Positions 12,913 through 26,315 of a DNA stretch of 64,000 nt are shown here, in pieces; the stretch's first letter is position 1, and every line of letters starts with the position of its first letter. Origin of the DNA: Eledone cirrhosa (Eukaryota); contig OZ024749.1 in the NCBI GenBank assembly GCA_964016885.1, positions 35,340,001 through 35,404,000 of the forward strand, read 5' to 3'. The notes under the pieces were generated by a model, which ran no database searches, was not told the origin of the DNA, and saw nothing but the letters and a program-made list of their open reading frames with translations. The translations under genes and the position numbers were made by a program.

Positions 12913-13486
12913 TATGGTTTTATAAATATAGTTTCCATTTATTTAATATCGTATATATATATATATTATATATATATGTATAGATAATATATATATATTT
13001 ATATATATATATGTATAGATAATATATTATATATATATGTATATATATAATGATGATATATAATATATTATATCAGAATGGAGACGATAAAAACCAGTTA
13101 GACCATTACTCAGTAGAGTACTTGATACTTGGGGTAGTGGAGTGGGTAGGACCTCGATGGGTGAGCTCCGGCTGTTTCAGCAGTTGGATCAAACCTGAAG
13201 CGCCGGTATAAGGGCAGTGGGAATCTAGCTAGCTAGATTCCTGCCGCCATATAATATATATTATATATATATATATACTACATATATATATATATAATAC
13301 ATATGCATATATATAATACACACACATATATATATAATATATTATATATATATATATATATGTATAGATAATATATTATATATATATATGTATAGATAAT
13401 ATATTATATATATATATATAGATAATATATTATATATATATATAGATAACATATTATATATATATAAATAATATATTATATATATA

Positions 13487-13783
13487 GGGATAGAATGTAG
13501 TGTACGGGAGAGGAGACTGAGGTGGTATGGACATGTGATGCGCATGGAGGATGATCAATGGGTGAAGAAGTGCCAGGAAATGCCAGTTGAAGGAAGACGT
13601 GGTAGAGGTAGACCACGAAAAACATGGGCGGAGGTGGTGAGAACAGACCTCAGATCATTGAAGCTCACGGTGGAGATGACGAAGGACCGTGACGAGTGGA
13701 GAGATGCTGTGCTGAATAAGACCCGTCCCACCCTTGCAAGCAGGGAAAAGCGGACGTAAAATGATGATGATGATGATGATGAT
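13487..13783 (+). mobile_element. 5'-truncated RTE LINE 3' end in a (TA)n tract
   Basis: ERRLRWYGHVMRM...GRGRPRKTW.EVV..D motif and (ATG)n tail. Confidence 0.92.
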
Positions 13784-13901
13784 ATATATATATAGATAAT
13801 ATATTATATATATATATATTATACACTATGTATATATATATATATTATATATGCAATGTATATATATATGCATTTATATATACACATATATATAGATATG
13901 A

Positions 13902-13988
<87 letters not shown>

Positions 13989-14290
13989 TTACATGCAGCA
14001 TTGTAAATTCTATCTATTCTGTAAAATGGTAAAAAAACAGATATGAATTCTATTAAATGTCCGTTTTAATCACAAGAACAAGATACTTCAGCAGTGAAAA
14101 ATTACCAGAATATATTATTCCTGTCATGCTTATAGAAATCCTAAACTCTATTTACAGTGATGTCTACATGCTGACATAAATATACTCATTTTGGGAAAAT
14201 TAATTCAAGTTTCAGTTGATATATGATATCTCCAAGAACCTTGGATATTTTATATGATAACTTGTTTTATCTCACGTTTGCCATGTTCTT

Positions 14291-14660
14291 AAGGTGGTGA
14301 ATTGTGAGAGGCATTATGGCGTTGGATTAAAAATGTCTCAGTATTTGTTTTGGCCCTCTGTACTTTTCAGTTCAAATCCTGACTAGGTCAAATTTGCCTT
14401 TCATCCTTTCAGGGTAGAATAATAAAATACCAGTCTAATATTGTGGTTGATTCTTCCACCCTTTCTCTCAGCCCTCTATCTCTCTGGCTCTTTCTTTCTT
14501 TCACCCTGTCTCTATCTCTCTCTCTTTTTCCAGAAAAAATTAGCTCTATTCCAATCTGGAGAAGGATGGGCTTCACCAGGCTTTAAATGCCCGAGTCATG
14601 CTGTTTATTATGATGGTGGCCCTACAACTCCATCAGAAACTGAGCATCCTTTATTTTAAA
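14291..14660 (+). mobile_element. Older SINE family 2 relative with an extended 3' part
   Basis: GTTCAAATCC, TTTGCCTTTCATCCTTTC; 3' segment shared with 15190-15300 (-), 27940-28040 and 28230-28320. Confidence 0.65.
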
Positions 14661-14714
14661 TTTTTGTAGCCATGTTTTAGATTTTGTCAATCTCATATAG
14701 TAATTTTTTTAATT

Positions 14715-15055
14715 CAGTGGAAACTCGATTCCTGAACACCTCGCATCATGAAGAAACCGGTTCATGAACAATTTTTCCGGACATAAAATGCCTTGGTTCA
14801 CCCAAGGTGTCTTGAGTAATGAACATGCAAGCTAGCAACAACAGTTGGTGAAAAGCTGGGAGTATTGGTGGGAAAGTATCACTTGCTATGTAGTTAGTTA
14901 CTATGGTGATATTTACCTGTCTTTCACATAGTCTCTTTCTGTCATTGTATTTCTCTTAACATTTCATATGGGAAAGCTAGTTTCAGTTTACAAACATTTT
15001 GGATGACAAATGGCCTTCAGGAAAAAAATTAAGTTTGTGAACCAAGGATCCCCTC
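14715..15055. mobile_element. Tigger/pogo-like non-autonomous DNA transposon
   Basis: Degenerate TIRs CAGTGGAAACTCGATTCCTGAAC / GTTTGTGAACCAAGGATCCCCTC-TA. Confidence 0.6.
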
Positions 15056-15184
15056 TATATTCAAATATAAGGAGTGAAGAGATCTCTATAGCCTGCTGTC
15101 AGTTAGACAACCTTTATGTTACAATGGAATGCACTCAGTACTCCTTCACCTTCTGTAAAATGAACAGACTGAGATAGGCAATCT

Positions 15185-15475
15185 GTTTCAATCTGATAGA
15201 GTCGTAGGGGCGACAAATTGCCATACAGCATTTCTTGGGCATTTTAATCCTGGCAGAGCCCATCCCTCTCCAGCCCTGAGTACAGCAGATTTCTTCCAGA
15301 GAGAGAGGAAGAATCGACCACAGGACTAGACTGGTACATTTTTTATCAACCTCAAAAGGATGAAAGGCAAAGTTGACCTTGGTGGGATTTGAACTCAGAG
15401 AGCAGAGAGTCAGAACAAATACTATAAAGCCTTCTATCCGAAATTCTAATGACTCTTCCAATTCGTCCTCTTATT
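15185..15475 (-). mobile_element. Older SINE family 2 relative
   Basis: GGATGAAAGGCAAAGTTGACCTTGGTGGGATTTGAACTCAG. Confidence 0.75.
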
Positions 15476-15482
15476 TACAAAT

Positions 15483-15819
15483 CATTTCATTTTCATCATA
15501 CGTCCTCTTTTTCCCTGCTTGCAAGGGTGGGACGGGAACTGATGCTGGCTTGATTTCTACAGCTGGATGCCCTTCCTAACACCAACCTCATTTACAGTGA
15601 GTGCTGGGTGCTTTTTTGTTGTGGCACCTCCACGACCACTTTGCAGTGGAATGATATGGACCCCAGTCCCTATCATCTCATTTCTACAGCTGAGTAAACT
15701 GGAGCAATGTGAAATAAAGTGTCTTGCTCAAGGAAACAACACATCACCCGGTCTGAGAATTGAACTCACAACCTTTCGATTGCAAGGCCAATGCTCTAAC
15801 CACTAAGCCATGTGCCTCC
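15483..15819 (-). mobile_element. SINE family 1 (~340 bp; tRNA head and RTE-derived tail)
   Basis: Near-identical to 23157 and 38710; A/B boxes; tail matches the RTE 3' end at 13721-13765. Confidence 0.93.
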
Positions 15820-15992
15820 ACAAATGTGGTAATGAAAGAGTTAAAGAATTAAATTGAAGAATGGAAGTAATTGACAGAATCGAAAACTTCTACTTTGAAT
15901 GTAAGAGTTTCACTGAATATCTCAGATTTGGGAATTCTGAGATTCTTTGGCAGTAGTAATGAAAAAGATAAAGCTGACAAATTCCTCATCCA

Positions 15993-16081
15993 TTAGAGAA
16001 GTGGACAGTTAAAGTTCCTTCTTCTTTTTCCTGGAATCTTCTGGAAGAGACAGAAACATAAAGGATGGCGACATCCATTAC
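15993..16081 (-). other. Candidate terminal exon (polybasic + CaaX-like end in one frame)
   Basis: Two possible acceptors (gtcttccgtag|16081; tttctgtctcttccag|16040); frame ...KIPGKRRRNFNCPLL*. Confidence 0.25.
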
Positions 16082-16149
16082 CTACGGAAGACATCAATAT
16101 ATAGAGTAATACTAGACATCCATTTCCTACATATATGTGCATGTGTGTT

Positions 16150-16194
<45 letters not shown>

Positions 16195-16518
16195 AATACA
16201 CACACAAATGTACAAAGAAATATATACATACACATATATATATATGCGTGTGTGTGTGCGTGTGTGTACATGCATGCATGTATATATATATATATATATA
16301 GATATAAGTATATGTATATATGTATGTATATGTATGTGTGTGTATATTTATATGTATATGTATGTATATGTGTGCGCGTGTATATATGTATATATATGTA
16401 TATAGCTACAACCACTAATACACACAACAGTCTCAATGACATTTCCTATTTAAAGACAATGATGAAATAATGTCTTCTGTGCTAATCTAATTTACTGCTT
16501 CACTTTAACACTAACTAT

Positions 16519-16565
<47 letters not shown>

Positions 16566-16734
16566 TTACAACAAATAATTGTTTCTAATTTAGGCACAAG
16601 GCCAGCAAATGAAGAGAAGGCTAATGTGGATTCTATCCCTCCCCCCAACTTCTAGTTCATCACGGGGATTAGTGATATTAGTAATAACATAATTGGAATT
16701 ATTACACTGGTATTTAGTATGTTGGACATTACTC

Positions 16735-17768
16735 ACACACTCACACACATGCACGCACATACACACATACACACATACACACTCACACATGCACGCACAT
16801 ACACACATACACGAACATACACACACACATACACACATATGCACACACACACACACACACACATACACACATATGCACACACATGCACACATACACACAT
16901 ATGCACACACATGCACGCACATACACACACATGCACACACATCCACACATACACGAACATACACACACACACACACCACACACACACATACACACATATG
17001 CACACACATGCACACATACACACATATGCACATACACACATACACGCACACACACACACACCACACACACATGCACACATATGCATACACATGCACACTT
17101 ACACACATATGCACACACATGCACACACATACACATATGCACACACACATACACACATACACACACATACACACATGCACACACATACACACATACACAC
17201 ACACAACACGGACAGAGATATGTTACACACCTACGCAGCTACACACATACAGCTACCCACATACACATCATGAACAGATATGTCACACCCCCATGTAGCT
17301 ACAGCTACACACATACATACATACACACACACAGACAGCCCTACATACACCATGGAGGACAGGTTACACACTCATGTAGCTACATTCACAAACAACTACA
17401 TACACACATACACGCACATGCACACCCTCGCAGCTACACACACACATACATACATACACACATGCACAACAATACATACACCCCTTACAGGTTACACATC
17501 CATGCAGCTACACACACATACACACATACATATACACACATGCACAACCATACATACACCATGTACAGGTTACACACCCACACAGCTTCACACATACATA
17601 CATACACATGCATACACACATACATACACACACATGCACAACAATACATACACCATGTACAGGTTACACACACACACACACACACACACAGCTACATACA
17701 CACATACATATATACACACACACACATACATATACACACACACATGGACAGGTTACACACAGCTTCAC

Positions 17769-17799
<31 letters not shown>

Positions 17800-18464
17800 G
17801 ACACATGCACAACAATACATACTTCATGTACAGGTTACACACACACACACACAGCTACATACACATAGACATACACCATGGACAGGTTACACACAGCTTC
17901 ACACATACATACATACATATAGACACATGCACAACAATACATACTCCATGTGCAGGTTACACACACACACACGCACACACACAGCTACATACACATAGAC
18001 ATACACCATGGACAGGTTACACACAGCTTCACACATACATACATACATATAGACACATGCACAACAATACATACTCCATGTACAGGTTACACACACACAC
18101 ACACACACAGCTACATACACATAGACATACACCATGGACAGGTTACACACAGCTTCACACATACATACATACATATAGACACATGCACAACAATACATAC
18201 TCCATGTACAGGTTACACACACACACACACACACACACAGCTACATACACATAGACATACACCATGGACAGGTTACACACAGCTTCACACATACATACAT
18301 ACATATAGACACATGCACAACAATACATACTCCATGTACAGGTTACACACACACACACACACAGCTACATACACATAGACATACACCATGGACAGGTTAC
18401 ACACAGCTTCACACATACATACATATAGACACATGCACAACAATACATACTCCATGTACACGTT

Positions 18465-18495
<31 letters not shown>

Positions 18496-18520
18496 CACAC
18501 AGCTACATACACATAGACAC
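16735..18520. repeat. CA-rich tract ending in a ~125-135-bp tandem repeat (6 copies, ~17740-18520)
   Basis: CATGGACAGGTTACACACAGCTTC recurs at ~17742, 17877, 18007, 18133, 18263 and 18387. Confidence 0.9.
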
Positions 18521-18704
18521 ACACCCGATACACAGTCCCACACATATCCTCCCCCTACACACTGACACCCCCCCACACCACCACCACCACCTCCATTACC
18601 ATGGAGAGGGCCCAGCTATATTTTTACCAAGATAAACAAACATCTCTGAAGAGTCAATAACTTTCATTATAGTAAATTGTGTCTGTTATATACACATCAT
18701 GGCC

Positions 18705-19740
18705 ACCACCATCACCATCACCATCACCATCACCATCAAAAGCACCATCACCATCATCACTATCATTATCACCATCATCGTATCTGTTATATAGACATCA
18801 TGATTATAGCCATCATCATCATCATCACCATCAAAAACACCATCATAATAATTATCATCATCATAATTTATCACCACCACCACCAAAACACCACCACCAC
18901 CACCACCAGCACCACCACCACCATCATCACATCACCACCATCACCACTATCACCACCACCACCATCATCACATCACCACCATCACCACCACCACCACCAG
19001 CATCACATCACCACCACCAGCACCACCACCACCATCATCACATCACCACCATCACCACTATCACCACCACCACCACCACCATCATCACATCACCACCATC
19101 ACCACCACCACCATCACATCACCACCATCACCACCACCACCACCACCACCATTATCACATCACCACCATCACCACCACCACCACCAGCATCACATCACCA
19201 CCACCACCACCACAGTTATCACATAATCATCATCATCACCACTATCACCACCACCACCACCACCACCACCATCACCACCATCACCACCACCACATCACCA
19301 CCATCACCACCACAATTATCACATCATCATCATCACCACTATCACCACCACCATTACCACAACATCACCACCACCACCACTATCATCACCACCCCTAGCA
19401 CAACCACCACCACCACCACCACCATCATCATCACCATCACCACAACATCACCATCATCAGCACCACCACCCCTAGCACAACCACCACCATCATCATCACC
19501 ATCACCACAACATCACCATCATCAGCACCACCACCCCTAGCACAACCACCACCACCACCACCGCCATCATCACCATCACCATCACCATCATCAGCACCAC
19601 CGCCACTAGCACAACCACCACCACCATCATCATCATCACCATCACCATCATCAGCACCACCACCCCTAGCACAACCACCACCACCACCATCATCATCACC
19701 ATCATCATTACTACTATGACCAACAGCACAACTACCATTA
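18705..19740. repeat. (CAC)n/(CAT)n trinucleotide tract
   Basis: Direct inspection; source of the poly-H/T/P ORFs. Confidence 0.95.
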
Positions 19741-19789
19741 CTATGTGTGTATGTAGGTTTGTATTTCTTTCAATGCTTGTATGTGTTTC

Positions 19790-20600
19790 TGTGTGTGTGT
19801 GTGTGTGTGTGTGTATGCGTGTGTGTGTGTGCATGTGTGTTTATGTGTGTGCATATGTATCTGAGTATATGTATGTATGATTGTGTATGTATTAATGTGT
19901 ATTTGAGTGTGAGTATATGTATGGATGTTTGTGTTTCAGCATATCTGTGTATATGTGTATGTAAGTCTGTGTGTGCGTATATTTATGTGTGCATATGTAT
20001 CTGAGTATATGTATGTATGATTGTGTATGTATTAATGTGTATTTGAGTGTGAGTATATGTATGGATGTTTGTGTTTCAGTATATCTGTGTATATGTGTAT
20101 GTAAGTCTGTGTGTGCGTATATTTATGTGTGCATATGTATCTGAGTATATGTATGAATGTGTGTGCAAGTATTGATGAGTATTTGAGTGTAAGTATATGT
20201 ATGTATGCATGTTTGTGTTAGAGTATATGTGTGTGTGTGTGTGAGTGTGAATGTGTGTGTGTATTCATGTGTGTGTGTGAATGTGTGTGTGTGTGAATGT
20301 GTGTGCGTGTGTATTCATGTGTGTGTGAATGTGTGTGTATTCATGTGTTTGTGAATGTGTGTGTGTGCGTGTGTATTCATGTGTGTATTCATGTGTGTGT
20401 GAATGTGTGTGTTTTCATGTGTTTGTGAATGTGTGTGTGTGTGTGTGCGTGTGTATTCATGTGTGTGTATTCATGTGTTTGTGAATGTGTGTGTGTGTGT
20501 GTGCGTGTGTATTCATGTGTGTGTATTCATGTGTGTATTCATGTGTGTATTCATGTGTGTGTGAATGTGTGTGTTTTCATGTGTGTGTGTGTGTGCATGT
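19790..20600. repeat. TG-rich tract with a 140-bp direct duplication
   Basis: TGTGTGCATATGTATCTGAGTATATGTATG at ~19846, 19986 and 20126. Confidence 0.88.
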
Positions 20601-20689
20601 TTTGACTTTTCCCCACCAGTCTAGTCACTGTGTCCAAGACATGTTCATACAACTATTCCACACAATCAACACCAAATTCTCAACTTACA

Positions 20690-22025
20690 ATAACAACAAC
20701 AATAACATCAACAACAGCACTGTCACCACCACCATCACCACCATCAACATCAACAACAGCACTGTCACCACCACCATCACCACCATCAACATCAACGATA
20801 CCATCAACAACAATAGCAACAACAGCACCACCACCACCACCACCACCACCACCACTAACAACAACACAACCACCACCACCACCACTAACAACAACACAAC
20901 AACACAACCACCACCACCACCACTAACAACAACACAACAACACAACCACCACCACCAACAACACAACCACCACTAACAACAACACAACAACACAACCACC
21001 ACCACCACCACTAACAACAGCACAACCACCACCACTAACAACAACACAACAACACAACCACCGCCACCACCACTAACAACACAACAACACAACCACCACC
21101 ACCACTAACAACAACACAACCACCACCACTAACAACAACACAACACAACCACCGCCACCACCACTAACAACACAACAACACAACCACCACCACCACTAAC
21201 AACAACACAACCACCGCCACCACCACTAACAACACAACAACACAACCACCACCACCACTAACAACAACACAACAACACAACCACCACCACCACCACTAAC
21301 AACACAACAACACAACCACCACCACCACTAACAACAACACAACCACCACCACTAACAACAACACAACCACCACCACCACCACTAACAACACAACAACACA
21401 ACCACCACCACCACCACCACCACTAACAACACAACAACACAACCACCACCACCACTAACAACAACACAACAACACAACCACCACCACCACCACTAACAAC
21501 ACAACAACACAACCACCACCACCACTAACAACAACACACCAACACCACCACCACCACTAACAACAACAAACTACACCAACAATAGCAACAACAACACCCC
21601 ACCACCACTAACAACAATTACTACTATTACAACAACAACACCAACAATATCAACAACAACAACAACACCAACAATATCAACAACAACAACACCAACAACA
21701 CCAACAATATCAACAACAACAACAACACCAACAATATCATCAACAACAACACCAACAATATCATCGACAGCAACAACAACAACACCAACAATATCATCAA
21801 CAACAACAACACCAACAACACCAACAATATCAACAACAACACCAACAATATCATCAACAACAACAACACCAACAACACCAACAATATCAACAACAACACC
21901 AACAATATCATCAACAACAACAACACCAACAATATCAACAACAACACCAACAATATCAACGATATCAACAACAACACCAACACTATCAACAATATCAACA
22001 ACACCAACAATATCAACAACACACA
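20690..22025. repeat. (CAA)/(CAC) minisatellite tract
   Basis: Direct inspection. Confidence 0.93.
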
Positions 22026-22091
22026 AAAATGAAATTTATTCCAGCAAATTTAAACAGAGACAGAATTTCACTTTTCAGTTTTCATATATTC

Positions 22092-22124
<33 letters not shown>

Positions 22125-22262
22125 CTGTGCAGTCATGGAAAACAGATGTAAAGATGACAATGATGCATCTATGTATGAATGCTTAAACATCGTTTAATGT
22201 TTAAGCATATATGTATCTCTGACTGTGTGTCTGTTTCTCTCTCTCCCTCTCCATATATATAT

Positions 22263-22307
<45 letters not shown>

Positions 22308-22870
22308 TATATATGAGTGTTTATATATATCTATATATATATATTATCATCATTCTTTAACATCAGTCATCTATGCTAGTATATGTGTGTGGTTATATAT
22401 ATATATACACACATGCATATATATATATATATATATATATACAAAAGTCAAACAGAAATAACAAAACAAACAACACAGTACAACAATGAAGAAAATATAT
22501 ATTCCCATAGTTCAGAAGTTATTCAATTTACTAAAGTTTAGTTAATATATTTAAGAAAATGTAAACAATGTTATGAGATAAATACACAAAACTTCCCCCA
22601 GAAAGGAAATAGAATCAAGACAATACTAGAATATATTTTATATATTTGTTATAGTAATACTATTACATCCTATGAAGACGGCTTGTGGCTTTGTGGTTAA
22701 AGTGTTTTGTTCACCAATGTAAAGCCATAAGTTTGATTCCTAGCGGCATATTGATCTAGTCCACTCAGCAGGTCGAAAAAGGAGTTGTAGTGGCTCTTAA
22801 CTCTTTGGGGTACCATTTAAACCTGGAGGAGCTGATCCTTTTCCAGGTCGAAATGCAACCAATTTCAACT

Positions 22871-22912
<42 letters not shown>

Positions 22913-23156
22913 GAAGCAATGCTAGCACTAGACTGGTGCTTTATTTAATCAAGCTCAAAAGGGTGAAAGGCAAAGTTAACCTCAGTGGGATTTGAACACA
23001 GTGCACAGTTAGTCAGAACAAATACCAAAACATTTAAAATCTGATCCCTTAACGACCCTGCCAATGTGTCACCTTAGGTGAGTTGTAGTCATTGTTTATC
23101 TGGGCTTACTAACAGTGGTTACCTGAGAAGTAATTGCAGTTTATATTGTTTATATT

Positions 23157-23505
23157 GAGGCACATGGCTTAGTGGTTAGAGCATTGGCCTTGCAATCGAA
23201 AGGTTGTGAGTTCAATTCTCAGACCGGGTGATGTGTTGTTTCCTTGAGCAAGACACTTTATTTCACATTGCTCCAGTTTACTCAGCTGTAGAAATGAGAT
23301 GATAGGGACTGGGGTCCCTATCATTCCACTGCAAAGTGGTCGTGGAGGTGCCACGGCAAAAAAGCACCCAGCACTCACTGTCAATGAGGTTGGTGTTAGG
23401 AAGGGCATCCAGCTGTAGAATTCAAGCCAGAATCAGTTCCCGTCCCACCCTTGCAAGCAGGGAAAAGTGGACGTAAAATGAAATGATGATGATGATGATG
23501 ATGAT
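23157..23505 (+). mobile_element. SINE family 1, full length
   Basis: TGGCTTAGTGG A box, GAGTTCAATTC B box, RTE-type tail and (ATG)n. Confidence 0.94.
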
Positions 23506-23669
23506 TGTTACACACTGTCACTTGCTGAATCCCGCTGAGAACTATATTAAAGGTACACGTGTCTGTAGAATGCTCAGCCACATACACTATAATTTCATAA
23601 GTAGCTGTTCCATTGCTATGTAACTTTCACATCAACACTATACCATACACTAGTACATCGTAATCATCA

Positions 23670-24010
23670 TTATACCATCCACCAATGCACCACCACCACC
23701 ACTACTATACCATCCACCATTACACCACTACCATCACCACCACCACCACTATACCATCCACCAATACACCACTAGCATCACCACCACCACTATAGCATCC
23801 ACCAATACACCACTAGCATCACCACTACCACTATAGCATCCACCAATACACCACCACCACTATACCATCCACTAATACACCACTACCATCATCACCACCA
23901 CCACTATAGCATCCACCAATACACCACTAGCATCATCACCACCACCACTATAGCATCCACCAATACACCACTACCACCACCACCACCACTATACCATCCA
24001 CTAAAACTAC
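23670..24010. repeat. Variable ~27-39-bp CAC-rich minisatellite
   Basis: CACTATA(C/G)CATCCACCAATACACCAC repeated. Confidence 0.85.
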
Positions 24011-24039
24011 AGCTACATCACATGTATAGTGTTAGACTT

Positions 24040-24350
24040 CCATTGATACTAACAAGTGTACCAGTTGATTTTGAGGATCGGAGCAGCTTTATCATTAAAT
24101 TAATGTGAAAGTGGCTGAGTATTCCATAGGCACATGTACTCTTAAAGTAGATACAGCATGACACAGTTTATGACAAAGCTGGCCTTTTGAATTATAGGTA
24201 TAGGTTATTTTCTCTGCTGAGTACGCTGGAGCAACATGAAATAAAGTGCCTTTCTTATTGACACAACACACCACTAATTCCAGGAATCAAACTCAAGACC
24301 TTACAATCTTGAGTTGAACACTCTAACCACTAAGACACACACATACCTTC
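24040..24350 (-). mobile_element. Older tRNA-SINE (family 4)
   Basis: CTCTAACCACTAAG head complement and GGAGCAACATGAAATAAAGTG; relatives at 32600, 37925, 47040 and 63096. Confidence 0.7.
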
Positions 24351-24481
24351 ACATCCCATGTATAAGACTACAATTGAAAGTCATGCCTAATATTAAAGAC
24401 ATACATAATATTATAAATGTATCTTCTTTACTTTAAGCTATTAATTTGAAATACTCCATACAACAAAGTTATTTTCCTTAC

Positions 24482-24582
24482 CTAGGGACATCATTCTCAC
24501 ATTATCTCTCTAGTCTGTACAATGTCACCCAGTTCTGTAGATTAGTGGTGAAAGCTTTTACAATAGATATGAACATTGAAAC
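24482..24582 (-). other. Candidate 101-nt exon (stops in all frames: UTR or lncRNA)
   Basis: CTAAC branch-like motif, cattttgcattcgcttccattag| acceptor, TAG|GTAAGG donor. Confidence 0.4.
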
Positions 24583-24941
24583 CTAATGGAAGCGAATGCA
24601 AAATGTGTTAGATCAGCTTAAATACAATTTTACAGTAGAGTTTCTTTGGCTTCATGTGGTAAATAATTAGATTTATTTCTTCACTACTTTTCATGTTGAT
24701 ATATCCTGGGGGAATAGAGGCAAAAATTCTTATAGCATCTCAGAAACTTGTCAGATAGATCACCACTAAATTCCTATTTAAATTTTTTCACAATGTTCAT
24801 CATATCTGTCAATTTATGTACGATGAACCACACTAGTTTAGTCTTATAGGCACCAATTAGCTATTAAACAGCCAATGTTGTTTATATTGATATGAGGAAA
24901 AACAGATCTGGAATCAGTAATGAAGAAGAAGAAACAGATAC

Positions 24942-25426
24942 TTAATTCTTAATATCCTGTACCACATAAACCACAGTAGCAAGATATTATTGAAAAGTAT
25001 AAAACAGCATTATAACTCTAATACAGGAAATGTTCACAACAGCCTGTCCACTAGTAAAGATATTATAAACATCTGAATTATCAAACCACATAAAAGCAGA
25101 TTAGCAAGACATTCTTGAAAAGTCCAAATAGCACTATGACTGCATCGCATTAAAAATTAAAGTCTTTACTCTAAACTTGCAAATTTATTATGAAATATTT
25201 GTTTCCAAATCATTACAGGATACTAAAAGTCAATTAATAAGCACCCATACACAACATATTTTCAGCATATTTGACTGCATCACAATAAATATTAAAACCT
25301 TTAGTCTAATATTAAAAAATTTCACAACAATCCATTCACTAGTAAAAATACTATAAACATTAGAATTAACAAATTTGTTCTTAGACATATTTTTGTTGAA
25401 TCATTAAAGGTTGTTAAGAAACTTAA
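24942..25426. mobile_element. TTAA-ended element with ~125-bp internal repeats (family C)
   Basis: TTAATTCTTAATATCCTGTACCACAT start and AGGTTGTTAAGAAACTTAA end; homologous to 38596-39391. Confidence 0.6.
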
Positions 25427-25649
25427 AGAACTGTCGACTGAGCTTCAATGATTTATTTTTTGATAAACCCAAACTATGACAGGTAAGTGAAAGGAAAAGA
25501 AAAAAAAAAAGAAAACTGACTCAATATGACAGATGCAGTAAATTAAAAGAATATTCTACACAAAATAGTGTTTATCTTGAGAGATATGCTAGTAATAAAC
25601 CATTGGAGTGATATAGATTTGATAGGCAAGGTTTTATGTGTTGAGAGAG

Positions 25650-25832
25650 GTGTTATATGAAATGGTACCAGATAATACCAGATGTGAGAGGTGTTATGTG
25701 AAATTGTATCAGATGTTATGTGAAACAGCACCAGATGTGAAATGGTACCAGATGTTATGTGAAACAGCACCAGATGTTATGTGAAACAGCACCAGATGTG
25801 AAATGGTACCAGATGTTATGTGAAACAGCACC
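25650..25832. repeat. Minisatellite (CACCAGATGTTATGTGAAACAG-like units)
   Basis: Direct inspection. Confidence 0.85.
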
Positions 25833-26118
25833 TTTTAAAACCAGATGGTAACCACTCTCGAAATGTGGTAAGCATAGCATAACACTGGAACAGTCAGGTG
25901 AACAAAATGATTAAGACTTGGAGGAAGGGCAAAACCCAAAGCATAGAAACATTTTAAAAAAGTGTCATGTGATGTATAATGAAGGAAGACGGTAATCATA
26001 TTTTCCTTGCTGATTAAATGTAAACAGGAAACTAATTATTAATTCAGGTGAAAATAATATTCAATAGTCAAGATACAGGTTAATGAACCGTAGAAAATAC
26101 ACCCACACAAAACTTTAC

Positions 26119-26315
26119 TTTAACCTTTTCATTACCCTATTTCTAATTAAAAATGCTTTTTGAATAATTTAGAAAATAATCAAGAATTTGGAGAGATTTA
26201 GTAATATAGCTAACTTTCTCATCATTAAGCTGGTCGTTGGAACATAACTTAATAAAGGTTCATACATAAAATTATAATAGAAGGTTTTTAGATAAAGATA
26301 AACACTTTAAAATAA
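26119..26315. mobile_element. MITE family A partial copy
   Basis: TTAACCTTTTCATTACCCTATTTCTAAT start and family-specific interior. Confidence 0.6.

Noticed and set aside
15567-15806. Recurrent 'MPFLTPTSFTVSAGCFF..' ORF (also 23169, 38750, 49795)
   Set aside because: Antisense reading of SINE family 1; the similarity reflects repeat copies
18677-22026. His/Thr/Pro-rich and Leu/Val-rich ORFs
   Set aside because: Trinucleotide microsatellites with no splice or domain support; the same applies to 33786-34672, 39652-39973 and 58209-58672
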